From Candidatus Electrothrix yaqonensis (GTDB taxonomy: Bacteria; Desulfobacterota; Desulfobulbia; Desulfobulbales; Desulfobulbaceae): a stretch of 32,000 nucleotides of DNA. The stretch covers positions 390,001-422,000 of the forward strand of contig CP178758.1 in assembly GCA_047651235.1 (NCBI GenBank), in the 5' to 3' direction. The notes below the pieces were generated by a model that had not been told where the DNA came from, made no database searches, and saw only the letters and a program-made list of their open reading frames with translations. The position numbers and the translations under genes are program-made. The number at the start of each line of letters is the position of its first letter. Position 1 is the first letter of the stretch. Of this stretch, positions 23,870-32,000 are shown in pieces.

Positions 23870-25306
23870 TCATTTTTTCGGCAGAGGATTTTTTAATTCT
23901 CTACCGCCCCCCAACACCGCATACAGCATCACCTGATTGGCAAGCCGGGCCAGGTGGAGGGAGATCAGGGCCTGCTGCTGGGCATAGAGGGAGCGGTGGG
24001 CATCCAGCACACTGAGGTAGCTGTCCAGGCCCATGGTATAGCGTTTATCGGAAAGCTCATAGGTGGCTTGGGCTGATTCCACCAAAGCTTCCTGGGCAGC
24101 CAGCTGATCACCGATGGTGCCTTGCACAGCCAAGGCATCCGCCACCTCTTTAAAGGCGGTCTGCACGGTCTTTTCATACTTGGCCAGCAGGATCTTCCGG
24201 TCCGTTTCGCTGGTACTCAGGGCCGCCCAGACCCGGCTGTCAAAGATGGGCACATCAATCTGCGGCATAAAGCTCCAGATATTGGTGCCGGAACCGAACA
24301 GCCCGGACAGTTCATCACTGGCCGTGCCTGCCGAGGCAGTCAGCGAGATGCGGGGAAAGACCGAGGCCCGCGCTGCACCGATATAGGCATAGGCACCCTT
24401 GAGCTTGTGCTCGGCAGCGGTAATGTCGGGCCGATTGAGGAGCACTGCTGAAGGCAGGCCGGGATCGATGATCTCCTTGAGTGCAGCCACGCTGTTCAGT
24501 TCGTCAGGCAGGAGCTTTTCCGGCACCGGCTTACCGACCAGCAGATCCAGGGCGTTCCGGTCCTGGGCCACCATCTGGGTGAAGCGGGGCACATCCCGTT
24601 TAGCCGACTCCACCCCGGTCTGCGCCCGGCGCAGGTCAATCTCCGTAGCCAGCCCGTTTTCATAGCTCTTGCCGATCAGGTCATACGAGTCCTGCTGGCT
24701 TTCTAGGGTCGCTCTGGCCAGCTTCAGATTTTCCTGGTCTGCGGCCAAGGTCAGATATGCCCTGGCGACTGCGGCAATCAGGGCCAGTTCTGCGCTGCGC
24801 CGGGCTTCCTCGGTTGCCAGATATTCTTCCAGGGCCTGATCGGTCAGGCTGCGGATGCGGCCGAAGAAGTCCAGCTCCCAGGACGGGATTTCCGCCTTAA
24901 GGGTGTACTTTTCCGTTGACTGCGGCTGATTTGCTTCCACCAGATCAGCCGAACGCTGCTGTTTATCCATGCTGCCGCTGCCGTCAACAGATGGGTAAAT
25001 ACCGGTGCGATGCACCCCGTACACGGCCCGGGCCCGTTCCACATTCAGGGCCGCTATCCGCAGATCGCGGTTATTCTTCAGGGCCCTGCGGATAACCTTG
25101 CGCAGTCTGGCATCGGTAAAGAATTTCTTCCAGGGAATCCCGGCCACCTTCTGGATTGCATCGGCCTGCAGCTCTTTATAGGCGTCCCCCTTGGGCCATT
25201 CCGCTGAAACAGGGTCTTCGGGCCGGGTGTACTCCGGGGCCATCGTGCAGCCGCCGGACAACAGCAGGGCGGCCAAGGCCAAGGTTGGTAGCTTATGCTT
25301 ATTCAT
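23870..25306 (-). CDS. RND efflux outer-membrane factor lipoprotein (NodT/OprM family)
   Basis: 478 aa with lipobox LLLSGGC. It shows the two-repeat OMF architecture, with typical YPSVDGSGS..., ...WELDFFGRIRS... and ...IWSFMPQIDVPIFD... segments. The start overlaps the permease stop by 4 nt. Confidence 0.95.
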   Translation of the reverse strand: MNKHKLPTLALAALLLSGGCTMAPEYTRPEDPVSAEWPKGDAYKELQADAIQKVAGIPWKKFFTDARLRKVIRRALKNNRDLRIAALNVERARAVYGVHRTGIYPSVDGSGSMDKQQRSADLVEANQPQSTEKYTLKAEIPSWELDFFGRIRSLTDQALEEYLATEEARRSAELALIAAVARAYLTLAADQENLKLARATLESQQDSYDLIGKSYENGLATEIDLRRAQTGVESAKRDVPRFTQMVAQDRNALDLLVGKPVPEKLLPDELNSVAALKEIIDPGLPSAVLLNRPDITAAEHKLKGAYAYIGAARASVFPRISLTASAGTASDELSGLFGSGTNIWSFMPQIDVPIFDSRVWAALSTSETDRKILLAKYEKTVQTAFKEVADALAVQGTIGDQLAAQEALVESAQATYELSDKRYTMGLDSYLSVLDAHRSLYAQQQALISLHLARLANQVMLYAVLGGGRELKNPLPKK

Positions 25307-28300
25307 GCGGACTGTACCTCCGGTTTGTTGGGAGCATCAAGTTTTCTGTCAGGCCCCTGCGTATCCTTTTTCCCGCCGAAAAGCTGGGAGACCAGGACAA
25401 AGAAGAGCGGGATAAAAATCAGATCGATAAAGGTGGCGGACAACATACCACCGCAGACAGCCGTGCCCAGGGCATTCATCGCGCCTGCGCCTGCGCCCCC
25501 GGCAATGGCCAGGGGCAGAACACCGAAAAAGAAGGCCAGCGAGGTCATCATGACTGGACGGAATCGGGTTTTGACCGCATCCAAGGTGGCCTCAATCAGA
25601 CCTTGACCGACTGCCATTCGCTCTTTGATGAACTGGATGATCAGAATAGCGTTCTTGGTGGACAGGCCCATGGTGGTCAGAAAGCCGATCTGAAAATAAA
25701 CATCATTGGGCATGCCGCGCAGCGAAGAGGCCACAATAGCCCCGAACACGCCCAGCGGCAGCATGAGCAGATTGGCAAAAGGAATGGTCCAGCTTTCGTA
25801 CAGGGCCGCCACGCAGAGGAAGATGACAAAAATCGAAAAGGCGTACAGGATCGGCCCCTGCTTGGTCGCCATTTTTTCCTGATAGGACAGACCGCTCCAG
25901 TCAAAGCTGATCCCCTGGGGCAGTTTGCTGACCATCTCCTCCATGACCGCCATTGCCTCACCGGTGCTGTGACCGGGTGCAGGCTGGCCCTGAATATTCA
26001 TGGATGGAAAGGCATTATAGCGTTGCAGCGATGGCGAACCGAGGCTCCAACGACCGGTGGCAAAGGCGGAAAAGGGCACCATCTTGCCTTCCGTATTGCG
26101 GACATAGAGTTTTTCCATGTCCTGAGGCAGGCGACGATAGGAGGCATCGGCCTGAACATAGACCTTCTTGACCCGACCGGCCTGGATGAAATCGTTGACA
26201 TAGCTGCTGCCGAAAGCGGTCGCTAAGGTGCTGTGGATAGAGCCGAGCGGCACACCCAGCGCCCCTGCCCTATCCCAGTTTACGTCCACCCGGTATTCCG
26301 GGGTGTCCATCATGCCGTTGGGCCGTACTCCCATCAGACGTGGATCCTGAGCCGCCATACCCAAGAGCTGGTTACGGGCTGCTGCCAACTTTTCATGCCC
26401 CAGCCCCCCTCTATCCTGAAGCTGAAAGTCAAAACCGTTGGCCATACCCAGTTCGATCACCGGCGGCGGCGGAAAGGCAAAGACCTTTGCCTCCTTGATC
26501 TGCGATAAAGCTCCCATAGCCCGCCCGGCAATGGGCTTGACCTTGAGATCCGGGCGCTGCCGCTCCTCCCAGTCCTTGAGCTTGATAAAGCACATGGCCA
26601 GATTCTGGCCCTGGCCGCTGAAGTTACGGCCGGAAATAGTCATGGCGTTTTTGACAGCCTTTTTTTCGTGCTCCAGAAAATAGTTGCGGACCTTGGTCAC
26701 CACCTGTTCGGTCTGCTCCAGAGTGGAGCCGGGCGGCAGCATGATCTGAACCAGCACCATCCCCTGATCCTCGTCCGGGATATAGGAGGTAGGCATCCGC
26801 TGGAGGAGAAAGCCCACCAGGGCCAGGATGATCACATAAGCAACAAGAAAGATACACTTTGCCCTGAGAGAAAAAGCGACAAAGCGCACGTACAGACTGC
26901 GGATACCGCCGAAGAAGAACTCGAACACGGCAAAGAAAGGCCGCATAAAGAAGATCGCGTTTTCCGACGGCGCATGTCCGACCTTGACCGGTTTCAGGAA
27001 GGAGGCACAGAGTACCGGAGTGAGGATCAGAGCCACGACCACGGAAAGGAGCATGGCCGTGATCAGGGTGATGGAGAACTGACGGTAGAGCACTCCGGTG
27101 GAACCGGGGAAAAAGGCCATAGGCCCGAAGACTGCGGACAGGACCAAGCCGATGCCGATCAGGGCGCTGGTGATCTCGTCCATGGACTTGGCTGTGGCCT
27201 CCTTGGGCGGCAGGCCCTCCTCGCTCATGATGCGCTCCACGTTCTCCACCACCACGATGGCATCATCCACCAGCAGACCGATGGCCAGCACCATCGCGAA
27301 CATGGTCAGCATATTGACCGAATACCCGGCAAAACCGAGCACGGCAAAGGTGCCCAGCAGAACCACAGGCACGGCAATAGTCGGGATGATGGTGGCCCGG
27401 ATATTGCCCATGAACACGTACATGATGATGAAGACCAGAATGATCGCCTCAAACAGGGTCTTGACCACCTCGTCAATGGAAACCTTGGTAAAGGGTGTGG
27501 TGTCGTAGGGATAAATCACCTTCATGCCCGGTGGAAAGAACTTGCTCATCTCCTCCAGCTTTTTCTTGATCGCCGTTGCTGTTTCCAGGGCATTGGCCCC
27601 GGCAGCCTGTCGGACCGCCATCCCAGCGGCAGGCCTGCCGTTACTTTTGACGATGGAGTCGCTACGCTCAATGGCCAGTTCGGCCCGGCCGATATCCTTG
27701 ATCCGCACGGCAGAGCCATCCTGGTTGATACGGATTGGTATCTCAGCAAACTCCTCCGGGGTCTGGAGCAGATGCTGGACCACTATGGGGGCATTCAGCC
27801 GCTGGCCCTCCACTGCCGGAGTGCCCCCTAACTGCCCGGCGGATACCTCAACGTTATAGGAACGCAAGGCTGCCATTACGTCGGCAAAGGTGAGGCTGTA
27901 GCTGGTCAGCTTATCCGGGTTAATCCAGATGCGCATGGCATACTGTGAGCCGAAGGGCTGCACCTCGCCGACTCCGGGGATCCGGGCCAGGACTTTCTCC
28001 AAATTGGATTGGGCATAGTCTTGAAGGTCGTTGCTGTCCATGCTCCCGTCTTCCGAGATCAGGGCCGGGATGAGCAGCCAGTTGCGGGTAGACTTGCTCA
28101 CCTGCACCCCGGAACGCTGCACCACGTCCGGCAGGCTCGCCAGAGCGAGCTGGAGTTTGTTCTGCACCTTGGACCAGGCCAGATCCGGGTCTGTCCCGGC
28201 AGCAAAGGTCAGCTCCACTCTGGAGGAACCGGAGGAGGAGCTGCTCCCGGAGAGGTAGATCATGTCGTCCAGACCGGTCATCTTCTGTTCCACGATCTGG

Positions 28301-28488
28301 GTGACCGTATTTTCCACGGTCTCGGCAGATGCGCCAGGGAAAAAAGCATCAATGGCAATAGCTGGCGGCGCAATGGGCGGATACTGGGCAATGGGCATCT
28401 GGTGAATGGCCAGCGCTCCCAGCGTCATAATAATAATGGCAATGACCCAGGCAAAAACGGGTCGTTCAAGAAAAAATTTCGAGAGCAT
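25303..28488 (-). CDS. RND multidrug efflux permease (AcrB/MexB, HAE1 family)
   Basis: 1061 aa: MLSKFFLERPVFAWVIAIIIMTLGALAI..., LVDDAIVVVENVER, with 12-TM topology and two large periplasmic loops. Confidence 0.95.
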   Translation of the reverse strand: MLSKFFLERPVFAWVIAIIIMTLGALAIHQMPIAQYPPIAPPAIAIDAFFPGASAETVENTVTQIVEQKMTGLDDMIYLSGSSSSSGSSRVELTFAAGTDPDLAWSKVQNKLQLALASLPDVVQRSGVQVSKSTRNWLLIPALISEDGSMDSNDLQDYAQSNLEKVLARIPGVGEVQPFGSQYAMRIWINPDKLTSYSLTFADVMAALRSYNVEVSAGQLGGTPAVEGQRLNAPIVVQHLLQTPEEFAEIPIRINQDGSAVRIKDIGRAELAIERSDSIVKSNGRPAAGMAVRQAAGANALETATAIKKKLEEMSKFFPPGMKVIYPYDTTPFTKVSIDEVVKTLFEAIILVFIIMYVFMGNIRATIIPTIAVPVVLLGTFAVLGFAGYSVNMLTMFAMVLAIGLLVDDAIVVVENVERIMSEEGLPPKEATAKSMDEITSALIGIGLVLSAVFGPMAFFPGSTGVLYRQFSITLITAMLLSVVVALILTPVLCASFLKPVKVGHAPSENAIFFMRPFFAVFEFFFGGIRSLYVRFVAFSLRAKCIFLVAYVIILALVGFLLQRMPTSYIPDEDQGMVLVQIMLPPGSTLEQTEQVVTKVRNYFLEHEKKAVKNAMTISGRNFSGQGQNLAMCFIKLKDWEERQRPDLKVKPIAGRAMGALSQIKEAKVFAFPPPPVIELGMANGFDFQLQDRGGLGHEKLAAARNQLLGMAAQDPRLMGVRPNGMMDTPEYRVDVNWDRAGALGVPLGSIHSTLATAFGSSYVNDFIQAGRVKKVYVQADASYRRLPQDMEKLYVRNTEGKMVPFSAFATGRWSLGSPSLQRYNAFPSMNIQGQPAPGHSTGEAMAVMEEMVSKLPQGISFDWSGLSYQEKMATKQGPILYAFSIFVIFLCVAALYESWTIPFANLLMLPLGVFGAIVASSLRGMPNDVYFQIGFLTTMGLSTKNAILIIQFIKERMAVGQGLIEATLDAVKTRFRPVMMTSLAFFFGVLPLAIAGGAGAGAMNALGTAVCGGMLSATFIDLIFIPLFFVLVSQLFGGKKDTQGPDRKLDAPNKPEVQSA

Positions 28489-28552
28489 CAGACGCTCCTT
28501 ATGGGTATTCTGTTAATCATTCGGTTGTACAGTGTATTTTTAATATATTTTC

Positions 28553-28975
28553 GTAGGGGTAGACCTGTGTGTCTACCCACAATACAAGGGCGGACACGCA
28601 GGTCCGCACCCTACAGGATGTTATAGCTGGAGCAGTATAAACTGAATACAGGATCAGCTATCTGAAAGGCGTGAAGGCAAAACTTATGCCTCTTGTGGGC
28701 ATATTCAAATTATGTTGCTCCAGCTATATGCTGTTATCCCGTCGTAAGGGCGGTTCGCAAACCGCCCCTACCCGACAATGCCCTCCAACATGATGACGCG
28801 GGATGACGGCGGCCTTTGTCTTTGCTCAGGATATCCGTCCCGTAGGGACGTTGCGAACATAGCCTAGAGTTTTAACCCTGGGTGTGGTGCAGCGGTCTCC
28901 AGGCCCGGTGTTGAAACACCGGGCTATTCCCGTGCTGTCCCTTCGGGACGCTGTTGCGAATCTGTTGCCTACACG
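28553..28975. repeat. Cluster of GC-rich stem-loops (REP-like) plus a 12-bp inverted repeat
   Basis: Hairpins:
- GGGTAGAC/GTCTACCC at 28557-28578
- GCGGAC-ACGCAG-GTCCGC at 28590-28607
- GGGCGGTT-CGCA-AACCGCCC at 28748-28767
- CGTCCC-GTA-GGGACG at 28836-28850
- GCCCGGTGT-TGAA-ACACCGGGC at 28903-28924
- GTCCC-TTC-GGGAC at 28937-28949

Inverted repeat: ATAGCTGGAGCA (28623-28634) pairs with TGCTCCAGCTAT (28716-28727). Confidence 0.7.
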
Positions 28976-28993
28976 GAACGGCATGTCGTGCCC

Positions 28994-29710
28994 CTACCCC
29001 TGCTCCTCAATCCCCTCCAGAATGGCACGGATGATGGCAGCCTCCGTGTAACTCAGCGGCTCGGACAGGGCGGCCTCATCACGTTCACCGTTGAGGACGC
29101 GCCGGATGGCGGCTTTCAGGTTGAGCCATGTATCGTCGTAGCGGGCCAGGGCAGCCTCCACGCCGCTGCCCTGCACCACCGCTGCAATCAGCTCCTCATG
29201 GTCCCAAAGCTGCTGCCGCCAGCCGGGAAGGGCAAAATAAACCTGCCTGCTTTTAGCGCGGTAGGCAGCAGTTTGGCTGCTCTCTCCCTGCTGGCTGGCG
29301 ATGCGGGCCAGCAGCTCGTAGTTCTTCCATATCTCCGCTGCTGCCGGGTCAAGGGCTTCCTTGATAACCAGCGATTCTTCAGCATAGCTACGGGCCTCGT
29401 CCAATCGTACCGGGTCTTTCGCTAGCAGGCCAGCAAGATTACAAAGGGTCAAAGACATGCCGAGTCGGTCATCCGCTGCTCGGCGGGCTGCCAATGCCTT
29501 GCCATACCACTGCTCCGCCTCTGGCAAACGGCCTGTGGACTCGCAGAGTACGGCAAGTTCGCCCCAGCTTGCGCTAGCTCCGTTCTTGCCAGCAAACAAG
29601 CCCTGCTCCTCCTTCAGTCGGGCTGACTGCCGATACGCCTGTTCTGCCGCCTCCCACTGTTCTGCGTCCTGATAGACCATACCAAGCTGGTGCCAAGCCA
29701 CAGCCTCCAT
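28994..29710 (-). CDS. TPR-repeat C-terminal segment, the continuation of the CHAT-STAND gene after a frameshift
   Basis: 238-aa ORF with TPR-like units (AWHQLGMVYQDAEQWEAAEQAYRQSARL..., SWGELAVLCESTGRLPEAEQWYGKALA...). The same frame is open upstream of its ATG, reading QGAQGELAEAAERYKAGQVLFQSINEPV, which continues the upstream gene's TPR sense. Confidence 0.7.
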   Translation of the reverse strand: MEAVAWHQLGMVYQDAEQWEAAEQAYRQSARLKEEQGLFAGKNGASASWGELAVLCESTGRLPEAEQWYGKALAARRAADDRLGMSLTLCNLAGLLAKDPVRLDEARSYAEESLVIKEALDPAAAEIWKNYELLARIASQQGESSQTAAYRAKSRQVYFALPGWRQQLWDHEELIAAVVQGSGVEAALARYDDTWLNLKAAIRRVLNGERDEAALSEPLSYTEAAIIRAILEGIEEQG

Positions 29711-32000
29711 GACAGGTTCGTTGATGCTCTGAAAGAGAACTTGTCCTGCTTTGTACCGCTCCGCCGCTTCAGCCAGCTCTCCCTGCGCGCCTTGGCTAAT
29801 GTGCCGAGTTGGCCTTTGGTTACCGCCACGCCCCGCGTGTTGCCAAGAACTTCATCAATCTCCAAGCCTGCCTGATAGGCTGCCTTGGCCTCGGTGTAGC
29901 GGCCCTGAGCAGTCAGCACATCGGCCATATCCGTCTGGGCAATACCAGTTTGTCGCCGCACCCCTTCGCTTTGCTCCAACTGGGCCAGTTCGGCCAGTTC
30001 CTGTTGAAAGTGCTGTTCTGCTTCAGCAGGACTCTGTGCCATGCAGCAGCGGCCCAGTCTATGCAGAGTGATGCAGCGTTGATAGCTTGATGTCTTCTCC
30101 AGCCCAGCCAGGATGTCTTCAACGACCTGCACTGCCGCTACGGGTTGACCGTTCTGCCAAAGCTGCTCACCTAAGTTACTGCGGGAGAGAAACCATGCCT
30201 GCGAGCCCACCGCGCCGCCTGCCTTGCTAGTCGCCTCAGTCAGTTCCTCAGCGTCTCGTCGCATTCCGAAAAACCAAAGAAAGCAATTAACATTCTTAGC
30301 AAAGTCAACGCTCTCCTCAGCCCTGCCTGTCTGCAAGGCAACATGGACAGCCCGGAGCAGGTTGGGTAACTCACATCGGGCAACGGCACGGGTTGCATTC
30401 GGATTTTTATCATCCAGCTTATATAGTCCCTCGGAAAGCCGGTGATACTCCTGCCAATAGCCTTCCAGCAGCTTGTCCTGCTCCTCCTTGCCCAGCTTCT
30501 GCCACAAGGCCGGGGCCAAGGTCGGGTGGAAGCGCAGGAAAACGCTTTCTGCTACTCGCTCCGCCAGCATCAGTCCAGACAGGTTCAGATAATGCCGTAG
30601 GATCGACCACTCAGAAGGGTATTCTTCCATTCCAGCCACCTTCACTACTATCTCCTCCAATCCCCCACCCTGAAACACCCCCAATCTCGGCAACCATTCC
30701 CGGCACCGCTCCGGCAGCCGTTCAAGGGACAATTCCAACGAAGCCAGCAAAGTTCGATCTTCCCGATCAGCAGGCTGCTCCTCCAGCAATGCTTCCAGAC
30801 GCTCACCCAACTCCGCCGGACGGCGTTCCTTAAGCTGCGCCGCCAGCAAACCAATGGACAGAGGATGAAAATCTACCTGCTCAAACAGGCTGACCAAGGC
30901 ACTGCGCTGCGGCATCCCGAATTTCGGTTCCGGCGGCGGGCGCATCAGCTTGCCGAACCAGTCCAGCGCATCCTGTTCGCCTAAACCCTTGAGGTGCAGG
31001 CATTGGTGGCGAAAGCTGCCTGCGGTGGGATAATCAGGATGATTGAAATCCGGTTGCCGGGAGGTAAGCAGAACCCGACTCTGCCCGGCCTGAGACCAGC
31101 GGGTGGCCGCAGTCAGCAGCTCAGGCAGACCATCCCCATCGGCCAAGCTCTCCAAGTTGTCCAGGATCAGCAGGGTCGGCATCCGCTTCAGGGCCACCTC
31201 AGCAGCCTCCGCATCAGGCAGGCTCTCATCCAGCACAGTCGCCAAGGTGCTGACCGTCACGCCCACCGGATCAATCCCCTGAAACCCAGAAAAGCTGATA
31301 AAGCAGACCCGATGAAACAATCCCGTGCGCAGCAGCCAGTATCCCGCCTCCAACGCAAGGTAGGTCTTGCCCTGACCGCCAAAACCCGTGACAGAAAAAC
31401 GACGGGTTCCCTGCACGGCAAAGGCCCGTTCAATACGCCAGAGTTCAAGGGTTCTGCCGAAGAAACCAGACTCCTGCATCTTTGGCAGGTTATGCTTTTG
31501 ATCCGCTTCCGGGATTTCACTCCCATCCTCCCGGCTCAGCAGAGGACGATTCGGCCCGGTCTGATACAGGGCAGGTAGGAACCAATCGTGCAGCTCCAAG
31601 GTCACGCTCTGATTGCCAGCAAAACCGCGTAGCCGTTCACCCCGCTTGGGATCATAAAACAAAGAAGCACGGGCATCATCCAAGGCCTTGCCCACTGGAT
31701 CGCCCTTGAACAGGCTGCGGTAAAATCGGGCAAACAACAGCCCGGCAGTAGCGACTAAAACGCTGTGCGTCATGGCCAGCACACCGGGAATACCGGCATG
31801 GGTGAGCCAAGCCGCCACACTGCTCATAGCGTCGTCCTCATCCATTGCCGCAGACTGACAGGCGGACAGGACAACCAGTCCGACACGCTGCCGGTGGAAC
31901 AGCTCGCCCAGCAGGCGGGCCTCCACCAATGCCTTTTTGCCCTGCTCATCCTCAAAGAGCAGATAGCCGGTGTGCTTGGGTGTCGCCGTTGTCTCGCCTT
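29614..32000 (-). CDS. CHAT-domain protease fused to a NB-ARC/STAND NTPase and TPR repeats; 5' end outside the window
   Basis: The frame is open to position 32000 (...GYLLFEDEQGKKALVEARLLGEL...). It has the CHAT Cys motif GLVVLSACQSA, FFGR..EL, Walker A GFGGQGKTYLALE, Walker B LLILDNLES and VLLTSR, then helical/TPR repeats (YQRCITLHRLGRC..., GIAQTDMADVLTAQGRYTEAKAAYQAGLEI...). Confidence 0.85.
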   Translation of the reverse strand, partial: GETTATPKHTGYLLFEDEQGKKALVEARLLGELFHRQRVGLVVLSACQSAAMDEDDAMSSVAAWLTHAGIPGVLAMTHSVLVATAGLLFARFYRSLFKGDPVGKALDDARASLFYDPKRGERLRGFAGNQSVTLELHDWFLPALYQTGPNRPLLSREDGSEIPEADQKHNLPKMQESGFFGRTLELWRIERAFAVQGTRRFSVTGFGGQGKTYLALEAGYWLLRTGLFHRVCFISFSGFQGIDPVGVTVSTLATVLDESLPDAEAAEVALKRMPTLLILDNLESLADGDGLPELLTAATRWSQAGQSRVLLTSRQPDFNHPDYPTAGSFRHQCLHLKGLGEQDALDWFGKLMRPPPEPKFGMPQRSALVSLFEQVDFHPLSIGLLAAQLKERRPAELGERLEALLEEQPADREDRTLLASLELSLERLPERCREWLPRLGVFQGGGLEEIVVKVAGMEEYPSEWSILRHYLNLSGLMLAERVAESVFLRFHPTLAPALWQKLGKEEQDKLLEGYWQEYHRLSEGLYKLDDKNPNATRAVARCELPNLLRAVHVALQTGRAEESVDFAKNVNCFLWFFGMRRDAEELTEATSKAGGAVGSQAWFLSRSNLGEQLWQNGQPVAAVQVVEDILAGLEKTSSYQRCITLHRLGRCCMAQSPAEAEQHFQQELAELAQLEQSEGVRRQTGIAQTDMADVLTAQGRYTEAKAAYQAGLEIDEVLGNTRGVAVTKGQLGTLAKARRESWLKRRSGTKQDKFSFRASTNLSWRLWLGTSLVWSIRTQNSGRRQNRRIGSQPD

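Noticed and set aside
25156-27831. Two long plus-strand ORFs (356 aa and 387 aa)
   Set aside because: Both lie antisense to the RND permease/OMF genes. They are H/G/R/D-rich low-complexity translations, so they are shadow ORFs. The same reasoning applies to 10224-10883, 10932-11726, 12270-12941, 6991-7602 and 13013-13466 on the minus strand.
28553-28975. CRISPR array
   Set aside because: The hairpins differ in sequence and length and are irregularly spaced. There is no repeat-spacer periodicity and no cas genes.

Overview
This is a 32-kb bacterial chromosomal segment with a mosaic layout. Conserved housekeeping-type genes alternate with visibly AT-richer islets.

The core genes are:
- a LivG-like ABC ATPase fragment
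- a CspA-family cold-shock protein
- a YbiT-like ABC-F ATPase
- an RhlB-like DEAD-box helicase
- a DUF3012 lipoprotein and a YeaQ/GlsB membrane protein
- the late cobalamin genes cobT, cobS and a cobD::cobQ fusion
- MltG
- a SAM methyltransferase
- an RND permease with its outer-membrane factor

The islets carry orphan or poorly characterised genes:
- a decayed small-gene islet at 5.3-6.05 kb, bounded by a ~55-bp direct repeat
- two secreted proteins at 6.2-8.4 kb: an Ala-rich protein with 18-residue periodicity and a DUF2145-like protein
- a DUF900 lipoprotein hydrolase with a membrane-anchored partner at 13.8-15.3 kb
- a stand-alone two-CW cysteine-rich protein and a DUF3592 protein at 17.3-18.3 kb
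- a ~0.75-kb ORF-poor stretch with a near-consensus promoter and an intrinsic terminator (candidate ~365-nt RNA)
- a uvrB 3' remnant
- a 1.7-kb PIN/RHH toxin-antitoxin islet bracketed by a diverged ~190-bp duplication of the methyltransferase 5' end

The right end holds a large CHAT protease-STAND NTPase-TPR gene. Its 5' end lies outside the window and it is broken by one frameshift. Three other loci also look frame-disrupted (the helicase N-terminus, a P-II-like gene and a small PH-like ORF), so either gene decay or assembly indels must be considered.

I recognised no rRNA, tRNA, CRISPR array, transposase or integrase. I do not see an unambiguous new multi-gene system. The best follow-up candidates are the CHAT-STAND-TPR gene, the DUF900 cassette, the two-CW protein, the candidate RNA locus and the secreted-protein pair. 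The taxonomic guess (Desulfobacterota-like) is inference from protein flavour only.
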